Under the pieces are notes generated by a model, which was given only the letters and a program-made list of their open reading frames with translations, did not search any database and was not told the DNA's origin. The translations under genes and the position numbers were made by a program. From contig CM052816.1 of the NCBI GenBank assembly GCA_028534125.1, forward strand, positions 80,912,001 to 80,976,000: a stretch of 64,000 nucleotides of DNA, read 5' to 3'. Shown here in pieces: positions 36,750 to 49,320 of this stretch. Positions within the stretch are counted from its first letter, which is position 1. Every line of letters begins with the position of its first letter. The DNA comes from Lama glama (lineage: Eukaryota).

Positions 36750-38250
36750 TAGCCAGCTGGGAACTCTAAAGTTCACTTGTAAAATCCAAATCTATCCCAA
36801 GTCCTGATGGCAGTTGCCACTCTCATGTAAATTTCTTTGAGGAAAATTCTAAATCTGGTGGCTGGCGGGAACTTACAGTATAGCAGCAGCGATTCCAAAT
36901 CTCTTAGTTATTTGGTACCTCTTATGTTAGCCAGATCTAGGAATACTGGTCTGTGAGAAATTATGAGGATATTGCATTTCCCTGTATCTCTGGATATACC
37001 TGCCTGCCCACCACTCAATGTTCCCCCAACCAGAAGATGAGAACTTCAGTCTACCCACTTGAGGATGGGGACTGACAGGATGAATAGAACCAGTTGTCAA
37101 CCACGTGATATCTGGATGATTCTGGGTTACCTAATGACGTGATGGGTTTTTGCTGCAATTTTAATTACCTGATTAAGTTTATGAAAATTATAAATTTTTT
37201 GTCGCTCTCAATATCTGTGTTCTGCACAGGCCTGCTAGTCAAGTTTAAGGGAGATGTAGTGGGCACTAATCTCTACAATCTTCCAGGAATGCTGTATTGC
37301 TTTTGGTTTACTATTTTCATAGATAGATGCAGTCCTAATGGCTTACACTCAACCTTTTCTCCCTTAGAGTCTCTCACTTCATGAGTCGAGGAACCACTAT
37401 AAGGACTCTGCCAATGGCTGAGTAATGAGTGCTCTTTTCGTTAAGCATTCCAGAACTTAGGAAATAACCACAAAGTGAATCCAGGGACCTGCTGGGCTCA
37501 CTGTATAATAGACTTGAGCCAAAACTCCATGGGTCATCTGACAGGAACACAGTGGTGTTGTGGGTCTCCAGGAATAGCCTCAGTTCAGAGTCAATGTGGT
37601 TGGAATAATGGGGCTGCTTCTACTGGCAAGCATAGTTTGATGGAATTTAGGGATTCAAGGTCCCCAGATTTATTGGAATCTTCCTTTCTGTCCCATCATA
37701 ATTTTCAGTATCATATTCCTTCCCCGTCAGTATCTTAACACATGAGACTCTGTGAGATTGAAAATTCAGTTTGTCTTATAATTCAGCTATACGTGGCATT
37801 TGATTTGGGGTTTTGTTTTCAGAAATACCAGCCTTGCAACTACAGGAGATGAGTTTCTTTGAGAGTAGTCACAGAAGCAATGCCTGGAGCTGGAACTTTA
37901 AAGTCCTGTTTTCATGATTTTCTTTCCATAAATTCTTCAGCACACTTCAGAGCCACCCACCAATGCCATTATTCTTGTTATTTTCACTAAAATTTTCTGT
38001 GCCAGGAAATATTTTGTCACCCAGAGCCTTGCCTTTTCTAGACACATTATTGCAGGTTTCTGCAGGTGGCAATTTGAGGAACTGTTTTGCCACCGCATGC
38101 CATCAGCTACCAGTGTTGCCTTTACCACTGGAAACAGTCATTAATGCCTAAAGGTCTGATCAGATCGGAGAACCAAGAAACCCTAGAATCAATTTGGAAA
38201 CTCATGTTTAAGAGTATGTTTCTTAAGAACTACTTGCAGTGCTGAATTCT
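36750..38250 (-). pseudogene. ERV-L internal remnant (leader + gag, fading toward protease)
   Basis: Minus-strand translation near 37700-37865 gives LISCSCKAGISENKTPNQMPRIAEL*DKLNFQSHRVSCVKILTGKEYDTENYDG, matching the ERV-L Gag pattern (LISC..RAEIAENQTQ.LI.RVA.LQ.KL..QP..VS.VKV..LIGKEWDP..W.G). It abuts an MLT2 LTR end. The lower boundary is uncertain. Confidence 0.78.
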
Positions 38251-38312
38251 ATATCATTCAGGGTTCAATCAGAGAAGCAAAATGACTAGAACGTGTGTGT
38301 GCGTGTTGAGAA
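38251..38312 (-). mobile_element. MLT2 LTR 3' end (5' LTR of the ERV-L remnant)
   Basis: tatatcattcagggttcaatcagagaagcaaaatgactagaacgtgtgtgtg resembles the antisense MLT2 terminus (tgtattagtcagggttctccagagaaacagaacc...). Confidence 0.65.
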
Positions 38313-38334
38313 AGAGGTAATATAGCTACTCCAA

Positions 38335-39328
38335 CTTTAGTTTCTCTTGAGACTTTGTCAGTGATCCAGGTGTTACTTAAAAGTTTGCTGTTTAATCTTC
38401 AAATATTTGGGGGGATTTGAAACATCTTTCTGTTATTGATTTCTAATTTAATTCCACTGTAGTCTAAAAATACATTTTGTACAATTTCTATTTTTTAAGA
38501 TTTCTTTTATGTCCTAGAATGTGGTCTGTCTTCGTGAATGTTCTATGTGAGCTTGAGAAAAATGTGTATCCTTCTGTTGTTGGCAGATTCTATAAATTTC
38601 AGTTAGATCCAGTTGGTTGATAGTGCTGTTCTGGTCAACTCTATTCTTACTGATTTTCTTCCAGCTTGATATATTGATTACTGAAAGAGAAGTGGTGAAG
38701 TCGACTGTCATAGTGGATTTGTCTATTTCCCTTTAGAGTTATATCAGATTTTGCCTCATGTATTTTTACATTCTATTGTTAGGTGCACACAGGTTAAAGT
38801 TTGTGTCTTCTTGGAGAATTTACCCCTTGCTTGCCTCAGACTATTGTGGAGGTGGTTGTTGAGGGGAGAATTTTTTGCCTTGCCTAATAGCATGACTTGT
38901 GATTTTTTTGTGGAAAGCTGGACATGATGTACCAGGTAATAGAAACTGAGATAAATTTGCCTTTGTGTGAGGTTTTATATTAACCTCGTTAGGACTGTGC
39001 CTAAGGTTTACTCTGGCTGTAGGCTCCAGGGGCTTCAAATTCCTCCATTGTCCTTACATTTGTCTCTCCGGTTATCTTTGGGTTTCCCTAAGAATCCCTT
39101 TTGAAATAAAGTCTGTGACCTGCAGCTCTTTCCTCTGTGATCCACTATTATTATAAGTAAGAGCCCTGTCTCTGCAGAGTGTGTGGTGGCAGTTTGCCCT
39201 GTACCTCATTCTCTAATGGGCCCAAGGAGAGTCATTCATCTGCAGTTTATTCAAATTGTCTTCTTGCTGTAAGGACAGGAGTGATGAGTTCCAAGCTCTT
39301 TACATGTTGGAGCTGAAAATGGAAGTTG
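38335..39328 (-). mobile_element. Old L1: ORF2 endonuclease piece plus 5' region
   Basis: ctgttattgatttctaatttaattccactgtagtc...cctagaatgtggtctgtcttcgtgaatgttctatgtgagcttgagaa; ends caagctctttacatgttggagctgaaaatggaagt. Confidence 0.85.
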
Positions 39329-42300
39329 AATTCTTTTTTTAAAATCCTTTAAATCCAATATTTTCAATTAACTATGTCTCAGCATTGACCATTCTCTATC
39401 AAATTATCCTAAAATAATACACTGCACTTAGAAATGGCAAATTCATTTCTTTCATTTTATCTTTGAAATTTTTTTCTGTTTCACTGGTTCTGTATACTAC
39501 CTCAAGGGCACCAATTTATCCACATATGATTGATCCCTTTTGTTTATTCACCATAGCTGCTTTTTATTCCGGCTGCATTCTGTAACATTTTCTAGAGCGC
39601 TTCACCAACTTGGTCTTCCGCTGTGCCAATTCATTAATTGCTGATTATAACTAATTGGTTCTAAAATAATTTTATTTTGTCTCTAGTTTATTTTCCAGTC
39701 TTATTTTTTTACCTTATTTTGTTGTCATCATTTCACCGTGGATTTCTTCTTCAGAAAGGTCATCTTTTCTTTCTTTAATTCACAGAATTTTTTGATTATT
39801 GATGTCTTCATTCAGAATGAATTATTTTTACGGTTTGCAAAATATAGACTTACATTTTGGTTTTTTCTTTCTCTTTTAGATTTTGTTTTGTTTTTCTGAA
39901 TTGTTTCAGTGTAGTTGCTCTGTCTTTTTCATTTCTCTGTCTCTTTTCCCAAATATATGGGTAATTTCTCCTTGCCATCTTTCTACTTTTACTGGTTTTT
40001 CTTGTAAATCTTCTTGAATCTCTGACTGAATTCTATGTTTGGCTTTTACCCTGTAGAGGAGGGAGTGGGATGAAGGTGAGAGAAAAGAGCTGGAGGTATG
40101 TACTGGTTCCATTCCCAGATTTTGTCTTTGATCTTTTTCTTTGGAAATTTATTAAATATCTTTTACCATATTTTACTCTATTTGGGGAGCACCTCCAGAA
40201 TCCATGAGGGTACTGGATTGTTTCCTTATTTTAAAGTGAGTCTGCCAGTTTAGCTTCCCTAAACCTTTGGCTATATGAAAGCAACCGCTACTTAACTCAC
40301 CATTCCCCAGGCATTTCTTCTGCTTCACTTCCAGTTGTGGTTATGTTGGAGAAATACTCAAAATTTAGAGGTTCTTCCAGCAATCAATGTGATGCTTTTT
40401 AGCTACTATGGAAAAGTATCCAGTGGTTTGAGGAATGGTATTTTCATTTTATTCTCATCTTTTATTTTGCCAAACTTTTATTTATTACAGACAATTAGTT
40501 CTGGATAATTCTTCCTGAGGTATTTCTCTCATGTTCCTCTAGGCCAGAAAAAACAAAATTGTGACTCTTTTTAGTTTTTTCAGCTTCTCATTCACCTACC
40601 CTCAGTCTTCTTCCCTATGCCATCAAGAGACTTTTCAGGATTTTGCCCACTCACTTTCTTCCCCATGGTGCAGCTTCTGCTTATTCTCTGTGTGTGTGTG
40701 GTGGGGGGGGGTGTGGGTGTGTGTGCACTGTATTTGGAAGAGGTGGGTAATAGGTAGGAAAATTTGAATTATTCTCAAGATCTTCATTATCTGGAGATAT
40801 TTTTAAAATTTAGAATTCATAATTGCATGCCTTTTCTTGTTAGAGTACTATTTCTGTTTTCCTTTTTTTACTTCTTATTTTCATTAGTTGTTTAAATTCT
40901 GGGAAGGAAGTTTCTATAATACCTACATTTACTATGTCATATTTCCTCGTAAGTCCTTTAATACAATTTAATAGTGCTCAAACAATCCAGTATTTCTTGA
41001 AAGAGAATTGCTATGAAGATCAGCATACTGAATACACATGTTAATGTGAGTTATCTTCCAGTATGGGGATTTGAATAAATGAAAAAAAAAAAGAGAGACT
41101 GAGTAATTGAAACTCACTCATGTATTAAGGGTACCAAATGGATTTTAGTCATTACTATCAATTTCTTCTGTGACTAAATTTGCTAATGCTTTCATCGATT
41201 GTGCTGAATTCATTATAAAGACACAAATGAGAGGTATGAGGGTCAGTTAAGGAACAAAGGGAGGGCTGTAATTCACATATCTGATAGATCATTCCCTTGC
41301 CCATCGCCGAGCTCCATGCCCAGATGTATGGAAGCTGAGCTGGGTTTCTGAAATGACACCTACCCAAAAAGATTTCCTCTTAGAGATGAGAAATCTTTAA
41401 AAACAGATGTAGTGATGCTGAATTCAAACAAAACTAGGAGATAGGTGATGTTTGTTTTCTAAGCCTCTTATTTCTTTGTTTCCTGAATCACAGGTTTCTT
41501 AAGATCCTCATATGCATCCCCTATACCCCTTGGTAAAATCTATTCTCAAATTGTTTTTTCACTCTGAGGAATAAATAACTGGTAAGGGACCTCACCCAGG
41601 AGAAATTTGCATTTAATCAGGATTAAATCCTTAAGTAAAAGAGTTAGATTGTGGACTATAGAACATTAGGTATCAGCAAGCCTACAGGAAAGCTTTCTTT
41701 CCACTTTGGGGCCCCTTGGGTCCCTGAAATCATATTACTTGGCTAATGCCTATACTATTCTTTCCATGAGGAAAACCCTTAATGGTAATTAATTTCTTTT
41801 CAGGTTTTCCATTCTGCTGACATGGATAAAGCTCTGTGTACTCATTCAGCAAATATCAGCTAATTGGTGTTTCTTTAACACAGTAGGAGGGGGAAGTCAG
41901 AAATATTTTTCAACAACTTTATCATTTTACTGGTTTTGATCTCCAGGTTATGTGAGGTCTTACATATTTTACTACATTTTAAGATTTTATACCTTAAAAC
42001 CTTAAAAATGGGGTTGGGAAATATAATCAGGACTTTCTTTGACTGAACATTTACCAAGACCAGATAGAGCATGGAAAATTCTTCCGTGATACATCTGCTA
42101 TGAAGCCTTTCTCACTTTCTCATTTCTAGAGTTCTTGAACTCTAATGTGTGACCCTTCAGACTTCAGCAGTACTGTAGTGTATACTTTGATCTCAGAATG
42201 GCTCTGGCCCTGAGTCATTTCAGATAACCTATTGATATTTTTTTGAAACAGTCCAGTCTTTGGTCCTTCCAGCTTCCAAGGAGGTCTCTAGGATTCCTTT

Positions 42301-42414
42301 TACTTGCTTCTAAAGAAAGGGCTTAAACATTGCCTTGGTGTCAAACTTAAATCCTTTATCATAGGATTTAAGTATATTTAAAACTGAGTATATTTAAAAC
42401 TCTGTGGTTCAAGC

Positions 42415-43455
42415 TAGGGAGCATTTATGCAAGTACTGTCAAGTGATGTGAGGAAGACAAAAAGGTAGATTTTTTTCATGCAGTGAAATGTTTGACAATT
42501 GCTCATGTCACCTCATAGTCCTATGCCTCTCAAGCTTGTAAGTCTTTCATTATAGTGAGGATGGAGGAACAAGCAAAAGAAGGCAGGGAACAAAAAAACA
42601 GACAAAAGTAAAATATAAAATGTGTCACTTGGTCACAAGTCCTATGAAAGTGCAAATAGAGAAGAAATAGAAGTAGAGAAGTGCACTGGGAATCCTAAGA
42701 TGCAGGGTGGGGTACATTTTAATAAAAGATAGTCAGGAAAAGCCTTATTGAGAAGGTGACATTTGAACAAAATGTGAAGGAGATTTGGGGCTGAACCATG
42801 CAGATATTTGGAGGAGGAGCATACCAGACGGAAACTGAAAACACTGTTTAGAAGTAAAAGTCTACCCGGTTTGTTTTAGGCACAATAAGGAGTTTACTGG
42901 ATAAAAGAGGGAGAGATAATAGGAAATGATGCCAGGGAGTTAAGAGGATGCGTGGGCAGGTCTTGAAGGGTCTTATAGGCCATTGTAAAGATTTGACTTC
43001 CTTGAGTTTGAGTAAAATGGGAAGCCTTTGGACATCATGCCTAGAAGTCCAACATGATCTAACTTAGGTTTTTCAAAAGATCACTTTAACTTCTGTGCTG
43101 AAACTCAAGAGGACAAGGGTGAGATCATGGTGGTGGTGGTGTTAAAACAGTGAGGCGTAGTAGGATTCCAGATAGATGTTGAATTAAGGAGGGTCAATAA
43201 GATTTTCTAAAGAACAAGATGCTGTTCCTGAGAAAAAAAGAGGAGTCAGGGATGTCTCCAATATTTTTGACCTGAGACTGGTAGGAGATGGGTAACAACT
43301 GAGGTGGGGAAGATTGTAGGAAGGACGGAATTTGGGGGAAGACCAGGTGCTCAGTTAGGAGATACCGAGTAGGAAACTGAAATTCAGATCATTGAGTTGA
43401 AATTCAAGGAATTCTGATAAAAACCTCACCGTCATCAGCACATAGGTGGTATAAA
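42415..43455 (-). mobile_element. L2 fragment
   Basis: gtcaggaaaagccttattgagaaggtgacatttgaacaaa...tataggccattgtaaagatttgactt...aaaagatcacttt...aaagaggagtcagggatg. Confidence 0.85.
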
Positions 43456-43484
43456 AAGAAAGACAAAAGATCCGAGCATTTCAG

Positions 43485-43852
43485 ACAGCGTCACCCAGGC
43501 CTCTTTATCCTGTGGCTTTCTTGTTGGTTTTGGTCAATGGGAGGCCCTTGCAGGAGAGCAGAAATGAAAGAAAAGTCAAGTCAGGGATTTGGGGGGTCGC
43601 TCCCACCCTCTCGTTCATGCCCATGTCAGGCAGCCCTTCTCCTGTAGTGAGAGGTTCACTGAGCTCTGGTCGCTGCCCCCTCTCCAGTCCCTCTGGCCCT
43701 AGCAGTGTTTGAGTAACACCTGCTTCTCACTGTCTACAGTCCTGGATGCTTTACCACCTCTCATTGGTTGCCTTGACCTTGTCCACTTTATTTAACTCCA
43801 TTCTGTCACTGCTTCAGAGTATGCCTTATGTTTTTAGCCAGGCCCCTAATGA
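43485..43852 (+). mobile_element. LTR33-like LTR
   Basis: tcctgtggctttcttgttggttttggtcaatgggaggccc...gagtatgccttatgtttttagccaggcccctaatgac. Confidence 0.6.
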
Positions 43853-45249
43853 CCTGATAAAAATTGGTGGTAATAGCACTTAAACCTTGAAGCCCAATCT
43901 ATTGTCAATTATAGTGATCATCATTTGGATTGATAATTATCTTAATTTTTATATAGTTATTGAAATTATTTTTATTACATTTCATTTGCTTCATTTTATT
44001 CTGTCTTATAATCAAATTAAAAGTATATTGTAAGGAAGAAACAGTTTGGCTTGTTATTTGACCTTTCCTGAACTTCAGTTTCTAGGTGAGTTAAGTGCAC
44101 ATAGTAACTACTACTTCCAGAAGTCCTTAAATAATGAGTTTTTACCTCCCTCAAGGTCTTGGAAGAAAGTTGTCAGAGGAGCATAAAGGCTGATTGCTTA
44201 CTATTAAATTATTCTGCTGGTATATAAAGCCAACAAATGCTAGCTAGAATTAGAAGAGATAGTTAAGGGTAGGGGGAGGTTCTCAGTACCTGCAAGGTCA
44301 AAAATGCGTGTCATTTCAAGCTGCATTCAGCAATTTTTTTTCTATCAGAATAAATTCTTTTGGTCAGAGTCACATGACTAAGGCAGAAAACAATCTAAAG
44401 ACTTTGGAATGACAGTCTAAATATTGAGCCTTACCAGCATGTTTCCTCTAGGTCTCCTTGCCGAAAGCTAGCTACATCTAGGAATGACACACAGTCACAC
44501 AGCCCTGGAGTTTGGCAGCGGAGCACCTCTGGATCTCTGGCCTTCAGCACCCAGAGGATAATTCTTGAATCTACAAACTGTCTCGTGCAGCATTTGTTCC
44601 CCCTCCTCCTCAAATAATATCCAATTACTGAGTGCTGTGCTGGGAGAACCTGGGGAAATGCTAGAAGGAAACGCAGCTGAGAGCCACTGTGGTTTGACAA
44701 CTCTCCAGCTACTTGGAAAATATTTTGGCAAAAACAAGATTTTAAGTAAAACTGTTTCCTTTGGTAACATACCCAAAACTGCAGGTTTTACATATTCAGT
44801 ACTATGGTTTGGGCCAAAAGGGGCAAAAGAAAAAGAAAAAAAGAGGAAGAAAGCTGTTCTTGAGGAAGGAAGATAGAATCTAAGGAAAAGGGGGAACACT
44901 TTGCGTGAGATATTTACAGGAATGAGGGCAAAGAGGCAACATACAGAGGCATATTTAGCATTCTCTCTGTACTTTTCTCTACTGAGGAATTTCCCCTTGT
45001 CAAAATGAGCTGTTTTCTTTTGCCCTCAGATGGCCTGGAAGGAGTTCTCCCAGGATGACCAGGCTCGGATTCGTGTTACTCCTTATTACAGGATGATCAG
45101 CAGTCAGTGGGGAAAGGTCAGACCTCGTGTGGCCATCCCACATTGTAGCAGTCACAGGGGGTGAAGTGGAATGGTTTTCATCTCAGCCCACGGTTGGTCC
45201 TCAGAGGATATACTTATCTTTTCTTGCTTCATTTTCCTCCCAGTTGCAA

Positions 45250-46160
45250 CCACACACGAAATCCTTGTTCTTGAAAGTATCAGACTTGCTCCTATCTCAT
45301 GGCCTTTTGTAAACGCTGTTTTCTCTATCCAGAATGTTCTGCCCCTAACCTCCAGCACCCTTTTTCAGGGAGTCCTCCCCTTACCCTCCAGATGATAATA
45401 GCTTCTTGTGTCCTCTTTCTGGTTATCTATTTACATATTCCACGATCATCTGTAAATTCTAGGGCTTGTCCATCGTCATATCCCCGGGACCTGACATACT
45501 GTGGGTGCTTGATTTAAAAATATCAACAAGGTTTTTTTTTTTTGCATGAATAAATGATTCATCCAAAATTTAACATAAACCAATGTTTTTAAAAATAAAA
45601 AATATCAACCAGTTGTCTGACGCTGTGTACCTTTATCTTCTATTTCTCATTGTACTTCTTTCCTAATAGCCTTTTCCTCCTTTGTTTTTGTTTCCCCTTA
45701 CATGTTCTCTCTTTTCTCCTATTGTGCTTTCTTCCCACTCTATATTGCAAGGCCCTACCTAAAGCAAGGCTTTGTAGAAAACATATTCCAAACCATAGAA
45801 TGTGCATTCTAGAGGGTGCTTCTGAGGTTATTTAATTCCGTCCCTCCAACTGTATAATCATGCTCAGTTGTTCAAGGTCACACAGCTAGTTGGGAACAGA
45901 GTTTAGATTAGAACTCTGTAATTCTGACTCTGTGTTTAGTCTTCCTCTCATTATTGTCATAGTATATGAAGCATTAGAGGGGATATGACGTGTGTTTATT
46001 CATTTTCCCCCAACAACTCTGTGAATTAATTACTATTATTCCTACATTACAGATGGAGAAACTGTGGCCTAAAAATATGGAATAACTTGTCCAGTGTCTT
46101 TAGGCAGTAAATGAAAAGCTAAGATTTGAACCTGGGCAGCTTACTGTAAATCCAACACTC
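45250..46160. mobile_element. L2 3' end (~45250-45555, +) and two MIR pieces (~45795-45955 and 45995-46160, -)
   Basis: gacctgacatactgtgggtgctt...gcatgaataaatga; caaggtcacacagctagttggg; attacagatggagaaactgtggcc...gatttgaacctgggcag. Confidence 0.7.
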
Positions 46161-46348
46161 TGTGGAACACCTTGGGTAAAGCTTCCTGCCCAAGAACTAA
46201 GAGTTAAGGTTTTCCTCTACAGATCGAATGTTTAACAACCTCTGGAACGGTTAACAATAAAGTCAGCAAGATTTAAAACTTATATATCAGAATAGTCATG
46301 AATCCATCTGGAGATGAAATTCTGCCTGGGGCACTTTATTCAGATTGA

Positions 46349-48092
46349 CTTTTCATTGAAATATAGTTGACAAACAATGTATTAGTTTCAGGTGTACAAC
46401 ACAGTGATTTGACATTTATATACATTGCAAATTGATCACCATCATAAGTCCAGTAACTATCTGTCACCATACAAAGTTATTACAATATTATTGCCTATAT
46501 TTCCTATGCTGTGCATTACATCTCTGTAACTTCTTTATTTTATAACTGGAAATTTGTACCTCTTAATCCCCTTCACATATTTTGTCCAACAACCCATCCC
46601 ACTCTCCTCCTACGACCACTGGTTTGTAATCTGTATCTATGAGTCTCTGCTTTGTTTGCTTGTTTTTAGATTCCACATATAAGTGAAATTGTACAGTATT
46701 TGTTTTTCTCTGTATGACTTATTTCACTTAGTATAATAAAACCTTAGCAAAACTTCTAGGTCTATCAATGCTATCAAAAATGACAAAATTTTACTATTTT
46801 ATGGCTGAATAATATTCCTTTGGGTGTGTGTGTATATATAAACAGATACATAAAACATCTTTATCCATTCATCTATTGATGAATATTTAGGTTTCTTCCA
46901 TAGCTTGGCTATTGGAAATAATGCTGCAATGGACATAGGGCATAGGAGTGCATATATCTTTTTGAATTAGGTTTTTGTTTTCTTTGGATGAATACACAGA
47001 AGTGGAATTGCTGGATCATATGGTAGTTTTATTTTGAATTTTGGGGAACCACAATACTGTTTTCCACAATGGCTGCACCAATTAACATCCCCACCAGCAG
47101 TGCACAAGTTTTCCTTTTCTTTATATTCTTACCAACACTTATTTGTTGTCTTTTTGATAATAGTCATTCTGATGAGTATAAGATGGTATCTCATTGTGGT
47201 TTTTTGACTTGCATTTCCCTTATGCTATCTTCTCATGTACCTATTGGCCATTTGTATGTTTTCCTTGGAAAAATGTCCAAGGAAGGTCCTCTGCCCATTT
47301 TAAAATCTGATTGTTTTCCATATTGAGTAGTGTGAGCTCTTTGTATATTTTTGATATTAACCCCATATTGGATATGTCATTTGTAAATATCTTATACCAT
47401 TCAGGAGATTGGCTTTTTATTTTGTTGGTGGTTTCCTTCACTGTACAAAGGTTTTAAGTTTGATGTAGTCCCATTTGTTTATTTCAGCTTTTGTTGCCCT
47501 TATGTGAGGAGACAGATCCAAAAAAAATATTGCTAAAACTGACATCAGAGAGCACATTATCTGTGTTTTCTTGTAGGAGTTTTATGGTTTTAGGTCTTAC
47601 ATTTAAAGCTTTAATCCATTTTGAGTTTGTTTTTGCAAATGGTGTAGACAGTGATCTGGTTTCATTTTTTTGCATATAGCTGTCCAGTTTTTCCAGTACA
47701 ATTTATTGAAGAAACTGTCTTTTCCCCATTGTATATTCTTGACTCCTTTTTTTAAGTAAATTAATTGAACATATAAGCATAGGTTCATTTCTGGGCTCTC
47801 TATTCTGTTCTGTTGATCTGTGCATCTGTTTTTGTGTCTGTACTGTACAGTTTTGATAACTAGAGCTTTGTAGTACAGTTCAAAATCAGGGAGCATGAGC
47901 CCTTCAGTTTTGTTCTTCTTTGTTAATATTGCTTTGACTATTCAGGGTCTTTTGTGGTTGCATACAAATTTTAGAATTACTTGTTCTAGTTCTGTGAAAG
48001 ATACCATCAACATTACGATAGGGATTGCATTGAATCTGTAGATTGCTTTGGGTAGTATGGATATTTTAACAACATTAGCTCTTCTAATTCAT
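46349..48092 (-). mobile_element. 5'-truncated L1 (ORF2 C-terminal part + 3' UTR)
   Basis: ORF 47603-47896 [23 protein letters not shown]...[10 protein letters not shown] and ORF 47484-47675 [23 protein letters not shown] are ORF2p. Antisense 3' terminus tttcattgaaatatagttgac. Confidence 0.95.
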
Positions 48093-49084
48093 GTCCACTG
48101 ACATGGTTTGCTGAAGCCAAGCAGTTGCAGCAATGATAAACATACACTATACATAAACCATATAAGCTTTTATATAATATAAGGTCTTTGGAGAGTACAC
48201 CTCTTCTGTAATTGCCTTCACTTGGTGTTTCACTAATTTTGTTTATTTCATTTTATTAACTGCCCTGTCAAAGGGTTCCTAGAAGGAAAGAACTTGATTT
48301 ATGATTACATTTTGCAGCTAAGACTGCTTTAAAGTTATTTATAATTCTGTGACATTAGAGATGGCACCATTAAGTTACCTGAGGCATATTTTTAGGGCTT
48401 AATTAGGTTGGAATCCCTTAGCCAGTCTTATTATATTCAAGTTCTTGACCATTCTAGCCCAACTATGTGTTCAGAACATATAAAGACAAATAATAGTTAA
48501 ATGATTGTCTTCTAAGCAATTCAAATTACCCAGTATTTATTCATTTTAAAAATGGTTGGAAGCACAGTAAGGCTAATCTCAAAACCAGTTTTAATGATAG
48601 ATCTCAGAACAAATTTACCAGTTTGCCATGAGATACCACTAGGCTTTGTTTATTAATGAGTGTGTCAAAACTTTTCCTTTACGTTTATGTATTTATCTTT
48701 GAAAGTATGTTCTACAGGGTATCAATCCTCTCATTCCTTAGGGATTCCAAACATGGCCCCATCAGACTAGCTGCCAATCTTGGTCACCACAAATAATTAA
48801 CCCTACCATGAAATATTTAAAATATGTAAAGGTTAAAAGATCACAAAAATGAGACCATATGTCCAAACACACCACGTGTGCTTTGGCAAGAGAAAGGTAC
48901 GTGTTAAGACAAATCTTAACAAGCCTGCCAGGGAACTAGATCAAAACCAGGACAAAAAGATTCTTTTCATATAAGCTAGTTATTTCCCTAGTATGTACTC
49001 CCTGAGGTTAACCAAGATGAAAGAAGCCAGTCTACCCATATATCTGCCTGGCAAAGCCATCTTCCTTCAAAGCTGAAAAGATAA

Positions 49085-49320
49085 AAGACCTAGAACTCTG
49101 TATTTGGTGAGATGAATTTCCTTGGTCCAAATCCTGGCTCCACAACTAACTCTGTCAACCTCTTAACATGTTGGCAAGATATTTAACATCTCTAAGCCTC
49201 AATTTCCTCATCCATAAAATGGAAATGATTATATCTTTCTCCTGGAATGTTTTGAGGATTAAATGAGATTAAACTAGAATTTTGTTTAGAATTTTTCTGG
49301 CATATAATGAGAGTTGCTGT
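49085..49320 (+). mobile_element. MIR SINE
   Basis: ggtccaaatcctggctccac...tttaacatctctaagcctcaatttcctcatccataaaatgg...tgaggattaaatgagat. Confidence 0.85.

Noticed and set aside
44543..44551. REST/NRSE left half-site ttcagcacc
   Set aside because: The right half (ggacag) is absent at the canonical spacing.
44495..44899. Longest ORF (134 aa) and overlapping ORFs
   Set aside because: Non-ATG start, low-complexity F/S stretch from a purine tract, no domain resemblance.
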